The translations under genes were made by a program, and so were the position numbers. The notes under the pieces are model-generated. The model searched no databases and had not been told where the DNA came from. It was given only the letters and a program-made list of their open reading frames with translations. Source: Cyanophora paradoxa CCMP329 (Eukaryota; Plantae; Glaucophyta). From it: a stretch of DNA of 64,000 nucleotides. The stretch covers positions 62,001 through 126,000 of the forward strand of contig QPMI01000175.1 in the NCBI GenBank assembly GCA_004431415.1, read 5' to 3'. Numbering within the stretch: the stretch's first letter is position 1; the number at the start of each line of letters is the position of its first letter. Of the stretch, positions 37,401-49,190 are shown one piece after another.

Positions 37401-39079
37401 GCCCGGGAGGGGGAGATGCTCGCAGCCAGGCGCATGCGCAGAGCTTGCGAATCGCTTAAACAGAACCTCGAATGCATATAGTATCAATATGCAGGGCTGC
37501 GGAGGCGAGGGCGCGCGGAAAGCTGTGCAGGCCCGTTCAGGATCGAATTTTCGCGTCGGCTGGTAAAATTAATATATTGTTGGGGGGGAGGCCCGGGAGG
37601 GGCGAGATTCTCGCAGCCAGGCGCATGCGCAGAGCTTGCGAATCGCTTAAACAGAACCTCGAATGCATATAGTATCAATATGCAGGGCTGCGGAGGCGAG
37701 GGCGCGCGGAAAGCTGTGCAGGCCCGTTCAGGATCGAATTTTCGCGTCGGCTGGGTTCTCGTGCCCTGTCGCGCCCGCAGAGCTCGCGAAAACCTTTAAA
37801 AAGATCTTAAGTGAATACTGTAGCGATGGGCATGGGTGAGGATGCGAGGGCGCGCGGAAAGGTCTTCAGGTCCGTGAAGGATCGAATTTTCGGGTCGGCT
37901 GGATCCTCGCGGCCTGGCGCATTTAGAGACCGTGCGGAAGGCTTCTTCTACATCTCAAATGCTTATGTTATCGTTCCGCGCATGCGCCGCGGCGTGGGCG
38001 GGCGGAAAGATCTCCGGGCCTGTCTAGGATCGAATTTTTGCCGTCGGTTGGGTTCTCGTGCTCTTTCGCGTCTTCGAAGTTTGTGGAAGGCTTTGATAAA
38101 ATCTCAAATGAATATACCAGCGATGCGGCCTGCGTGAGGACGCGAGGGCGCGCGGAAAGTTGTTCAGGTTTGAAGAGGATTGAATTTTCGGGGTCGGCTG
38201 GGTCATCGCGACTGGGCGCATGTGCAAACCGTGTGGAGGGCTTCTTCTACATCTGAAATGCTTATGCTATTGTTCCGCGCATGCGCCGCGGCGCGGGCGC
38301 GCGGAAAGATGTCCGGGCCTGTCCAGGATCGAATTTTCGGGGTCGACTGGGCCCTCGCGGCCCGGCACATCAGTAAAGCGTGCGAAACGCTTGCTCTACA
38401 TCTCAGATGCTTATGCTATTGCTCCGCGCATGCGCCGCGGCGCGGGCGCGCGGAAAGATGTCCGGGCCCGTGCAGGATCGAATTTTTGTCATCGGGTACC
38501 TTCCTGCGCTGTTGCGGCTCCGAAAAGCGGATTTTGGGGTGGGCAGGCCGTGCTATGTCTATGCGCGCCAGTACGCATGGATTGCGCGCGTTGCGGGACC
38601 GGCCGGAACCGGCCGGATCAAATTTTCGGCCGACTCTTCGTACTGGAGCGTCCGACGGTCGACGGCGCCCGAAATCGAGCTTGCGGCGATGCGCTCGCGC
38701 TCGTCCGTCATTCTGTATCGTTCTGGGCGTCCCTGGCGCAATTTCGTCGCGGGACCGGGCGGGCCGGGTCCCACCTTCTGACTCGGACTGCATTTGTCGG
38801 AGGTTAAGTACCGGAATTGATCCAGAGGGAAATTCGATTTTCGCGGGACGCCCACGGGCGAGCGGTCGTCTTAGGGGAGCCAGGACGCTAAAAATGGATC
38901 TAGAGAGGTCTGTGGGGGTTCGGGTGGGTGTGTGACTAGCAGCAATCGCGCCCGTGTCGAGGCAGAATTAATAATTCTGCCTCGAGGGAGTGCGACATGG
39001 AAATTATTTAGCAGGGGGGATCTTGAGTGGAAAAAAAGGTTAAAAAAGGAATTTAGATCGTCGGTTTTTGGGTTTGAGA

Positions 39080-39143
39080 AAGAGGCTTCGCCGGAAAGAG
39101 GCTTCGCCTGAAAGAGGCTTCGCCTGAAAGAGGCTTCGCCTGA
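39080..39143 (-). repeat. Four stacked 16-bp Helitron 5' caps (innermost is a variant)
   Basis: AAGAGGCTTCGCCGGA followed by (AAGAGGCTTCGCCTGA)x3. Confidence 0.95.
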
Positions 39144-39488
39144 CTTTAGACGTTTTAATTTGGCTAGTAACTTACTAAGTTAACGTTAGTAAGAGTTCCG
39201 AACTTCGGAAGTTCAAGGCAAGGTGACGTCGACGTCACGGTACACTTGGTGACAATTGCAATTGCAATACCCCTGCCGGCGCTCTAGGAGCCTTGGCCCC
39301 TAACTTAGTAACGGCCACCGTCGGCCAGCCTACAGGCCCTACGTATACTGGCCCAGTGGCAGGCACTGGCCGCAGTGGCCTGGCAGCCACTGGCAGGCTA
39401 CTGCAGGGCCAGTGCAGGCTACTGGTCCAGCGCCTCCGCTGCGCCTGTCCGAGACTCCGAGGGTCAGCGGCTCAGCGCCAGCTGGGCC

Positions 39489-40028
39489 CAGGGTTCGCCG
39501 CCCAAAAAATTTGGAAAAAGAATGCAAAAAGTTTTGCAAAAATTCATGATTTTCAGAAAAGTTTTGCAATTGGTCCCCGTTTCGGCCCTCCAAAATTTTT
39601 GGAAAAGTTTTGCACCCCACCCCCCCTCATCCTCCGAAATTTATCGTTTGCGGCGGCTACGACGACGTTAAATGAAGATATAAACGACATAGAAGGCAAT
39701 CTGAGGCTATTCTGAGCGTGGAAGGCGACTTATTGAGCTTTTGGCTCATGTTGGGGAGGGGGGTACTTGGCCTTGAAACACGAGCTCGAGCAGCTGCAGG
39801 CGGGTTTCATGCGCAGATAGCAGCTCTCGCAAGCCTGCGATCGATAAACATGAGTTAAACAATGTTTAAGACGTGTTTGAACGCGATTTGAAGCGCTTTA
39901 GACGACGGTTTCGATTCTTTCGGGGCAAAAATTTTCTAAAAATTTCGCAAAACTTTTACATACAAGGCAAAAATTTTTGCAAAACTTTTTGGACCCTTGG
40001 GGGACCCCCAAAAATTTTCCCATCCCTG
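39489..40028. mobile_element. 540-bp non-autonomous hAT-like element
   Basis: Termini CAGGG...CCCTG. The 8-bp flanks GCTGGGCC and GCTGGGCG match 7/8 as a TSD. AAAAGTTTTGCA/AAAATTTT subterminal repeats occur in opposite orientation at the two ends. Confidence 0.6.
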
Positions 40029-41404
40029 GCTGGGCGGCTCCTGGGCCTGAGCTGGCCCTAGGCCTGGCTGGACTCGGGAGCCTACGGGAGGCCCTCAGTG
40101 CCCCTCACTCAGTGTCGAGTCAGTAATATTAACTTGAATATCGATCGAAGATCATCGACTCGGCGAGCCGCGCCGGCCGGCGCCGCGGCGGATTCGGATC
40201 GCCCAACTTGCCAAGTTGCAACATGTACAGTTGCACTGCCAAATGCAAAGTTGCAAGTAGTCGACGGCGATCATCGGAATCGATCGGATTCGACGCCCGC
40301 GGGCCGCGGGCCGCGGCCCAGCTCGGAGTCTCCGCCGCCCCGGGATCCGGACCCGGGCCGGGATTTGGATCCAAAGATCTAGAGCCGCGCAGCTTCGCGC
40401 TTCGCACGCGCCGCGCCGCACCGAATTTCTAGTTCGTAAAACCTCGTATACGTAGATAAGTCGACTCGGCGTCGAGTCGGCGGCGTCGCAGCACTCTTAT
40501 ATGTCACTGTGTATCGTACGCGTGCGGTGGCTATAGTACGGCTGCCGTCGCGCCGCGGCCCCGGCCCGGCGCACACTGTGACACTGTGTGACAAGCGCCC
40601 GATCGAAGCTATCTCCAACTTCAATTGCAAGGCTGCAGCTGTCACAGTGTCCGACGATCTCTTTCGAAGCCCCGACCATAGGCTCTCGGCGTTTTGGCCT
40701 CCAAACCTGCAGCTGCAGCATGCGTGCACGTGGGCGCGTGGCGCAGCATGTCTGTGCGCGAGGCGCGTCTAGATCTAGCAGGCGTCCAGAACAGGAGTCG
40801 CGATAGGTAGAAGTAGGCCTGCAGCTGGGGCCATGCATATGCGCGGTTGCGCCTATTTCTGCAGCCGCCCAGAAAAATACATCGACGTCCACTTCGGACA
40901 GCTTCGATCATGATCATGATTAGCTGACTGCGAGCTTGCAATTGGTGAAGCGGCTTCGTACGCGTACGCATATGTGCGCACGGCCGCGGGTCGCGATTGA
41001 CGTTCCTTGCAATTGCAATCGCAATTGTCACCATTCAACAACAGAATCCGGCCGCGGTGCGCGTTCGAATATTGGGTTCGAATAAATGAACTTGCGGGAG
41101 CCATATATGCCACGATGCACATATGCATCATGATCATGGCATGCATATGCCATGATGTGTCTCCTGCAGTCGAATTCTAGTGTGACATGCATATGCCCAG
41201 CGCACCATCAAAACGTTAACTGTCTGAATCTTTCGCACAGTATTAATATTAATCACGCCGAGAGTCATGATCATGATCGGCTCGCATACGTCTTATACGC
41301 TGTCGGTCCTTAAAAGCTTAAGCTTTAACGTGGGTTACGTTTTGCATGATTTCGCGCGGACCGGACTTCGCAACGTTAGCCGGCGCCGGACTTTATGTGT
41401 TGAC

Positions 41405-44400
41405 ATGGCCCATGGGTTCCTGCGCAGGCTCGCTGTCAGGACGATGAGCGGAACCAGAGAGCCCGAAGATATCGATGTTCATGCATATGATCAAGTGCCC
41501 GCGACCGAAAGCACGGGTGCGGCTGGACCGTCCGCCGCCGCCATCGATATCGCCAACGCAAACGAGTACGGTACGTCTCACCTTACGTCGGAGAATCCGA
41601 ATTCGAAGCGTCTCGAACGCGGGCTGCCCCCTTGAGCTCGCCTGCATCTGCAGCAACCGCGGACGTCGACGTCGACCCCGCGCGCGCCGGCGTCGATCTC
41701 CGGCTCCTGCTTCACGATCAGAAGCCGCAGCAGCGCGGTCTAGATCTGCGGCCGCTTGGCGAAGGTCCGCTACTTTCCTGCAACTTGGCATTTGCAACCG
41801 GGCTCCCTCCGGACCCATTTGCAAGCCGACGTGTTGCACGCGCAGGCCTAGGGCCCTTCGACGTCGGCGGCGTCCACCCCTCTTTCTTTTCGCCCCCTCT
41901 CGGCGAGCTGGGCGGGCCGTTCCACCGTCGCGAGGCGCCTCCGATGGCCCCGCTGGCCATGGCCCCTGCGGCTGCCCCCGAAACACCAACGAGCTCGAGA
42001 AAGGCGCCGGCCGCCGCCGGCGCCGCCGCTGCGGCCGGCGCCGCGGCGCATGCACAGCAGCACGCGGTCCCGTGGGCGCTGGGGGACCACGCCACCGCGC
42101 TGGGCTTGCAATTGGGCAGCGCCGGCGTCCGCCCCGCGGTCGGCCCCGCCTCGCCCCTGGATCTCGCGGTGGGACATGGACACCCCGGGGCGCCTTCGGC
42201 CCCCGTTGGGCGACCTGGCCGCGGTAAACGCGCAGGCGCACCTCCATGCGCACGCACAGGCGGCGGCGGCCGCGGCTGCCGCCGCCGCTGCCGGCGTGCA
42301 GGTACCGCCGGCCCTCCTCTCGCTTCTCGCGGAGTGGGGTCGCGCCCACGGCCTGCCGCCGGCGGTCGCCGGGGCGCCCCATGGCCAGGGCCCGGCCGCG
42401 GGCCTGCAGTTGCTCCAAGGGTCTTTCTGGGGCGCCGCGCCCGCCCCCGCGCCCGGCGGCGTCTCCATCCCCGTGCCCATCCCCGTGCCCATCCCCGTCC
42501 CGGTCCCCGCGATCGCGACGCGGAGGTCCTCCTCGTGGCCGAGCATGGCGCTCTCGCTCCCCACCTCCGCCCTCTCCCCGACCGCCTCCAACTTCCGCAA
42601 CCGGCCCCCCGACACCGGCCTCCTCCGCCCCCTCGTCGTCATCAAGACCGATTTCGAGCCCGTGCTCGAGCCGCCGCCGCCGCCGCCGCAGCAGCAGCAG
42701 CAGCAGCACGCCGCCCCCGGGCGCGGCTACGAGCGCCGCACGTCGGGGTCGCCGGGCTCTGGCTCGGGCGCCACGACCACCGCCTCGTCCAGCCCGTACA
42801 GCCGCGGCGCCGGCGGCCGCCGCTCCGTCGGCGCCCGCTCGCCGCCCGCCGGCTCGGGCACCGGCGCCTCCTCCTCGTCGCGGGCCTCCCCGGGCCCCTC
42901 CCCCGTCCGCGCCACCTCCTTCGCGGCCCCTTCACTCCTGACTCAAAACTTGGACTCTTTCTGGGCAGATGAGCCTGCCGAGCTCGACGCAGAGCCTCGG
43001 GGGCACCAGCGCGCCGTCCAGATCGCCGCCGGCGCCGGAGCCGGCGCCGGGGCCGGGGCCGGGGGTGCCACCGGCCCTCGCCTCCCTCACCCGCGAGTCC
43101 CTCTTCCCTTACTACCACAGACCCATGGAAGAGGTGACCTTACCGGCGCCGCGACGCCGACCGCGAGCCATTTCTTTACATATGCATCTCTTTCTCTATC
43201 CCGTTTCTTTTAGAGCCACTCGCCGTAGATCTAGATTAAACTGCAGATAAATGGAGTGCCCCTTTCTCGCGCATTGCGCCGCGCCTCTCTCGACCGCGAG
43301 CCCGTCCAATTTCTTTTGCAGGTGGCGAAAGAGATGGGGGTGTGCCGGACCATGCTGAAGAAGCAGTGCCGCGCCCTCGGGATCCTCCGCTGGCCCTCCC
43401 GAAAGGTGCCCCCGCCCCCGCTTCCTTTTTGGCCTCCTCCCCTCCTTTTGCCGAGGCGGGGGGGCCGCCCGCGCGATCGCCGCAGATCCAGAGCCTGCGG
43501 AGGTGGGACGAGCAGGCGCGGATCGTCCTGGAGAGCGGGCTCGCGGGGTTCGACCACCGCGAGATCGCGAGGCTGCGCGCCCAGCTCCGGTGCGGCCGCG
43601 CTGCTGCGCATGCTGTACATGTCGCGATGATCGCGGCGAGCGCCCCCGGCGGCCGTTCCCTCTAACACCGGTACCCCGCCGCCCCTTCGCGTCCATCCCG
43701 CAGGAGCAAGATCGACGCCATGCGCTCGGACCCCGACGTCTGCAGTGCGCGCCTGTTGCTAGCGCTCTCCCGCCGCTTTCGCGGTGCTCATCTAGATCTC
43801 GCGATCGATCGCGACGGGCGCCGTCTCTGCAGTCCGGCAGGTGATCATCGGGATGCGGCGGCAGCTGAGCGACCCGATCCGGTTGAAGACGGTCGACGTC
43901 GCGCACCCCCTCTGCGTCGAGGTGCGCCCCCTCGCCCTAGACCTGCTCCGAGCAAGCTCGCCTGGGGGCCATGGCCACTGGAGCTGAGGACTCTCCCCCC
44001 GGCCCGCCCCCCCTCGGCGCAGCTGGCGGCGCACCTGCGAAGCATCCGGCCGAACCAGAGCCAGCGGCGGCGGCAGCGCACCGACTCCACCGAGTCAGCC
44101 GTCTCCTCCGCCTGCGCCACCCCGCTGCCGGGCCCGAGGTGCGCTATTTTAGCGCAGCTGCAACCGGTACCACACAACAGCTGCGCCGCGCAACTGATCG
44201 ACGGCGGCGCAGCGGGGTGGGCGGCGGGGGCGCCGACTTCGGCCCCGATCGCGACATGGACGTCGACTGGGACGCGGTCGGGTACGGCGACTTCGACGGG
44301 GCGGAGGGGGCGGACGCGTTCGAGGACGGGGTACGGCGCTTCCAATGCCGGCCGGCGACGTTAGCTCCCGCGCTGAGGTGGGGTCGTTAACGTTTCTGCA

Positions 44401-44914
44401 GGACACTTTCGAGGGGGAGCCGGGGGAGGAGCGCGAGGGGCTCGGGTCCTCGGGCGGGCGGCTGGTGCGTCCGCGCCCCGGGCCCTTCGACTCGTCTGAG
44501 TTCCTTACGCTCGCGCCCCCGGCCCGCATGCGCATGCGCAGCGGCAGCGGCGCCGCTCCAGCGGGAGCGCCGCTCGCGGCTCGGGCACCGGTCCGAGCGC
44601 GCCCGCCTTCGAATTCCCCCGGCCCGGCCATCCCCGCTGATCATGCGCGGCCTGGCCATGGCCGTGGCCGGCGCGCAGAGGCGGACGGCGAAGTCGACGT
44701 GCCGCGCGCCGTGAATTCGAAGGCGGGGCCGCGCCCTGCGGCCGCCCCTCCGGACCCGCCGTGGGACCTGCAGGAAGAGCTCGAGGCGCCGCCCTCTGGT
44801 GCGACCCGGGGCCACGGCGGCCCCGCACGCGCACCCAAACACGCGCACGAATTCGATCGCGAACCGCAAGCACGAGATCGATGCCCCTCTCGCGATCATC
44901 GCGATCAAGCTTAA
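41405..44914 (+). CDS. RWP-RK domain transcription factor (multi-exon; boundaries approximate)
   Basis: Spliced domain LTRESLFPYYHRPMEE|VAKEMGVCRTMLKKQCRALGILRWPSRK|IQSL at ~43085-43500, flanked by Ala/Pro/Gln/Ser low-complexity exons. Confidence 0.8.
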
Positions 44915-45876
44915 GCGTGATCACGTCAGGCCCAGGGGCCGCGATCGCGACCCGCCGCCGCCGCCGAGCCGGCTGGGATCATCGGATATGATTTACGTCC
45001 TTCGAATTCCTTCCTTCATTTTATTCCGTTCTTTTCCCGTTCCTTCCTTTGTATAGCGCGATTATATTTGGTACGAGTCGTTTTTAAAACTGCGAGTGGT
45101 TTTCTGTATACGTACGATAGTTCTAGTTGTAGATTTCAAGAGCGGTCGACGTCGACGTCTATTATCTTCACGCCTCCGAAGTACACGCTTGAGCTCCCTC
45201 CGTGTACATTCAATATTAATTTCCGGATTCGCTTGTTTTTCGCCCTCCCAATTGCAAGCAGAACAAGTTTTATCAAGTCATATGCATTTAGTTTCGATCG
45301 ATATCATTGCCGTGCAGCCCCAGACCGCACTTGAATATGGTGATTCAAGTATAGTGCTAACTTGCAGACCATATGCATGATCTGTATACAATTCGCAAGA
45401 AAGTTTCATGGAGCCCTAGGCCTATATATAGGTAGGCCCTCCTGATCAATCTGCGCACTTCGAATTCTTTTGCTTGACGTCTATATTGAACCTCCAGTTA
45501 TGATTACGTGTAGGTTTTAATTTCGTAAACGAGTACTGGTACCGGTACTACGGTAGACTGAATGATGCCGCCGTAGACAGTTCTTTGATCGGCTTTTCGC
45601 AACCATATAAATGCATCCGATCGTCACTGAGTGAGCTTCCAATTGCAAGCTTAAGCTAGTCGAATATTTCTCTATTATTGCAGATACCAGTAAGAACTTC
45701 AGTTCGAACCCGAGCCAAGCGCCAAGACGTTGAATCGATTTTGCGATATACTCGAATTCACGATCGATTGGTGTTGCGATCTCAAGACTTATCGCTTATA
45801 ATTACAAATTGGCTGCAGCGCTAGCTTTGTCTAATGATGATGATTCCTCGCAGGCGCTGCGCAGGCGCAGGGGCCG

Positions 45877-48800
45877 CTAGTCCTCGGGGCCCGCAAAGGC
45901 GGCCACGAACTCGAGGAGCCCGACGTCTGCGGAGGAGTCGACGTCGCGAGACGTCGGTGAGCTCGAGATGGAGGGCCGACGCGACATCGATATCGGTAGC
46001 GATCTAGCTCCGGATCCCGCGCGCGAGGCCGGGGCCGGGGCGGGGCCGAGCGTGCGCGCGGGGGGCCGGGGCGGACCCTCGAGGCCGAAGGGGAGGGGCC
46101 GGACGGCGAGCCCCCGGGGGGAGCCCGACTCGGACTTGGCGTCGCACTCCGCGCAGACGGCCGCGCAGCAGACCGCCGCCTCGGGCGGCAGCAGCGCCCG
46201 CCAGAGGGCCCGCGCGGGGCGCCCGGCCGGGCGAGCCGCCGCACGGCCGCCGCCGCCCGCGCCTTGAGGCCCGGCAGCAGCACCGCCTCCGCCTGGGGCG
46301 AGGGAGGGAGAGGGTCGGCGGGGGCCGGGGTCCCCCCGCGCAGGGCCCGGCCGCCCCGGCCCCGGGGCCTCCGCGCACCAGCGGGACGACCGAGGCGATC
46401 GCCACGGCCTCCGCGAGGCACGGGCGGCCGCGGGCGAGGAGGACGGCCTGCGGGGCGCCCTCGAATCGAATCGCGGCGGGACGAGCAGGGCGGGCGGGCG
46501 GGCGGACGGCGTGGGCGGGGAGGCGGCCCCCCGGCGCGGGGCACGACCGAGGCGATCGCCACGGCCGCTGCGCCGCGATCGTCCGCGCCGCCGGCGGACT
46601 CCGGCTCCACGCGGTCCTACTCCGGATCCGGAGCCGTGAGCTCGAGGGCGCCCGGGCACGCGCAGGGCGCACGGTGTAGAGGTAGCGGAGGAGGACGCCG
46701 GCGGGGGCGCGGGTCCAGTTGCGGAGGGCGACGCGCCCCGTCGCCGCCTCCCGCGTGCCCCCGCGCAGCGCCGCCCGGAAGAACGCGCCCCGCGCCGCCA
46801 GCACCGCCTGGCGCGCGCGGCGTGAGAGGGACGCCGGCGGCGCCGAAGCAATGGGGACGCACGCGGTGCGCGGGGATCTCGGCGCCGTCGCCGGTGCAGA
46901 CGAGCGTCGCGTCTGGACCCGCCGCGGGGGTGAGGCGGAGGAGGCCTGCGCAGGGCGGGGGCCGGGGCCGCGGGCGGGGCACCGAAGGGGAGCGGGGGCG
47001 GGGCGGAGAGCAGGCGGGCGAGGCCGGGGCCGGGGTCCGGACCCAGAGCCTCCCCAGAGCACCGGCAGCGGCCTGCGGACGTCACGTGGCGCCGGTCGGG
47101 GCGGGCGGCCGCGGGCGGGCGGGAGGGCGGGCGGGCGCACTCAGCCGGAGGAGGGCCTCGTGGGCCGCCTCGAGGGCGGGCGCATCTCCGTCTGCCCCCG
47201 ACTCCGCGCGGCGCCCGTACAGGAGCGAGAGCGCCGCCTCGAGCTCCGCCGGAGAGAGGTCGACGGGGATGGCGGGGAGGGCGGCGGCGGCGCTGGCGGC
47301 GGCGGCGGCCGCCTCCGCGAGCGCCCCGGCGAGGCACGGGCAGCCGCGGGCGAGGAGGACGGCCTGCGGGGCGCCCTCGGATCGAATCGCGGCGGGACGA
47401 GCAGGGCGGGTGGGCGGGCGGACGGCGTGGGCGCGGGAGGCGGGCCCGCCGGCGCGGGGGACGAGGAGGAGGTCGGAGCCCTCGGCGCGGGCCGCCCACA
47501 GGTCCCCCGAGAGCGTGTCCGGGCCCTCCAGCGCCGGCCCTGCGGAACGCACGCGTTGGCGGGGCGGGAAGCTTAAGGGCGGGGCGGATGCGGATCCGGG
47601 TGCGGACCGAGGTCGTAGATGTGGCGGGAGTCGCGGGGGCGGCCGCGGGCGCAGCCGCCGAGGGCGAGGAGCGAGTTGCGGAGGAGGGCGACGGAGGCCC
47701 CGAAGAGGGCGGGCAGGCGCGGCGCCGGCGCCACCGGCGCCCACGCCATCGTCTCTGCCGGCGAGGTTGGATCGGAGGGGCGGCGCCATGGCCGCGGCCC
47801 CGGCCGTGGGATCAAATTCCAAGCTTAAGCGGGCGCGCGGGCACCGAGATCGAGCAGGAAGGCGTCGGGGGCGGGGCCGGCGCGGCCGTGCCCGCCCGCC
47901 ACAAGCAGGCACGAGCCCACGACGGCCGCGTGGTGGTCGGCCCTGGGCGACGGCCCCGCCCCGCGCGTCTCCACCTGCCGCCAGCGCGCCTCCTCTGCAG
48001 CGCGCGAGAGTAAGGAAGTAAGAGAGAAAGAAAGGAAGAGGGGGCGGGGAGGGGACCGGAGGCGAGGTCGAGGACGAGGAGGTCGTCGAGGTAGACGCCG
48101 CGCTCCGCGAGGCCGCCGAAGACCAGCACGCAGTGCCCCAGGGCGACGGCGCTGTGCCCGCGCCGCCCCGCCGGCGCGTGCCCCCGCACCGCCGGCTCCA
48201 TCCACTCGCTCCCGCCCTCCACGTCTGCCCGCCCGGTCCGACGCGCTGATCATGAGCCGGGCCAGCCCGGCCGGGCGGAGCCGTGGCGGCGGTAGCGACA
48301 GAAGCTGAAGCGCGGACCGACGTGGAGGCAGTGCACGTCGCAGAGGAGGGGCGGGGCGCCTGCCGCCGGAGGACGCGGCCGCGGGGATGCGGCGGCCGCG
48401 GCCGCGGGGCCCTGGCCGGCGGCCGGCTCGGCCTCGAGCCTCGCCCCGCCGACCACCACCATGAGATCCCCGACCATGACAGACGCGTGCCTGCCGCACG
48501 CGCTTCGAATTCAGCTCGGGCCCGACAAGGAAGGAGGATCCCGCGGCCGGCGGCACCGGCGCACCCCGCGCGAGGGCTCGGGGCGGAAAGGGAAGGAAGG
48601 CAAGGAAGCGCCTCGACAATCCAGCTGTCTGCGAACCCAAACAAGTGACGCCCAGCTCGAAAAGAAGGAAAGCCCGGTTGACGAGCGCGCGCTGCCGCAG
48701 TGCGAGGGCGGAGCAATATATATAGATATAGAGGTAAAACGCGCTGGGGAGCCTCGGGCACCGCAGTCGATGCGGAACACTGCCGTCGAGGAGCTGCCGC

Positions 48801-48939
48801 CAAAAACGAGAGCGCCGACGTGGCTGGAGACGACGGAGGCACCGCGCGACGCTGCGAGCGTCGCGGCGCGTACGGCTGGCGCCTCTCCGCGCAGCTCGAC
48901 GGTCTCGATATCGATCTCGTTGCCTGGAATCGAAACCAT
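45877..48939 (-). CDS. Kelch-repeat + BTB/POZ domain protein (LZTR1-like architecture)
   Basis: Kelch repeats such as PAGRRGHSAVALGHCVLVFGG..DDLLVLD, PSPRADHHAAVVGSCLLVAGG and LFGASVALLRNSLLALGG. BTB motif DATLVC..IPAH|AVLAARGAFFRAALRGGTREA..VLLRYLYT. Short GT-AG introns. Confidence 0.8.
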
Positions 48940-49190
48940 GCTAAAAGGCCCTCGAAGACAAAGGAATCGAACGCCGTACCTTTGACTCGCGCTAGGTCAA
49001 CCGAGGCGGCAGAATTCGAGCCGCCGAGGAGCAGCATCCGATCGCGTGCTATGAGCGTCGCGCTCGCCGCGAACGAGCGCGCCATTCTTCTTGAAACCGC
49101 ACTTGAACTTGAAAGCGAACGAAGCCGGGGGATACTGCAATATCGCACAGCAGCCGGCGGCGGCGTGGTCGCCGCGCCCGCCGCCTCGCC

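Larger units (their letters stand above)
28494..38693. repeat. ~5.1-kb near-identical tandem duplication inside U10
   Basis: 28494-33595 matches 33596-38693 (identical ORFs at offset 5102). The differences seen are mostly homopolymer-length changes. Confidence 0.95.
17453..39143 (-). mobile_element. Putatively autonomous Helitron2/Helentron-type element U10 (~21.7 kb including a 5.1-kb internal duplication)
   Basis: Has the same termini as U1-U9: 5' TCAGGCGAAGCCTC (hairpin AGGC-GAA-GCCT), a subterminal inverted copy GAGGCTTCGCC near the 3' end, the hairpin GTGCTCC-GCA-GGAGCAC and terminal GGATCTTG. Asymmetric TIRs with hairpins at both ends are the Helitron2 architecture. Encloses the RepHel gene. 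Confidence 0.9.
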
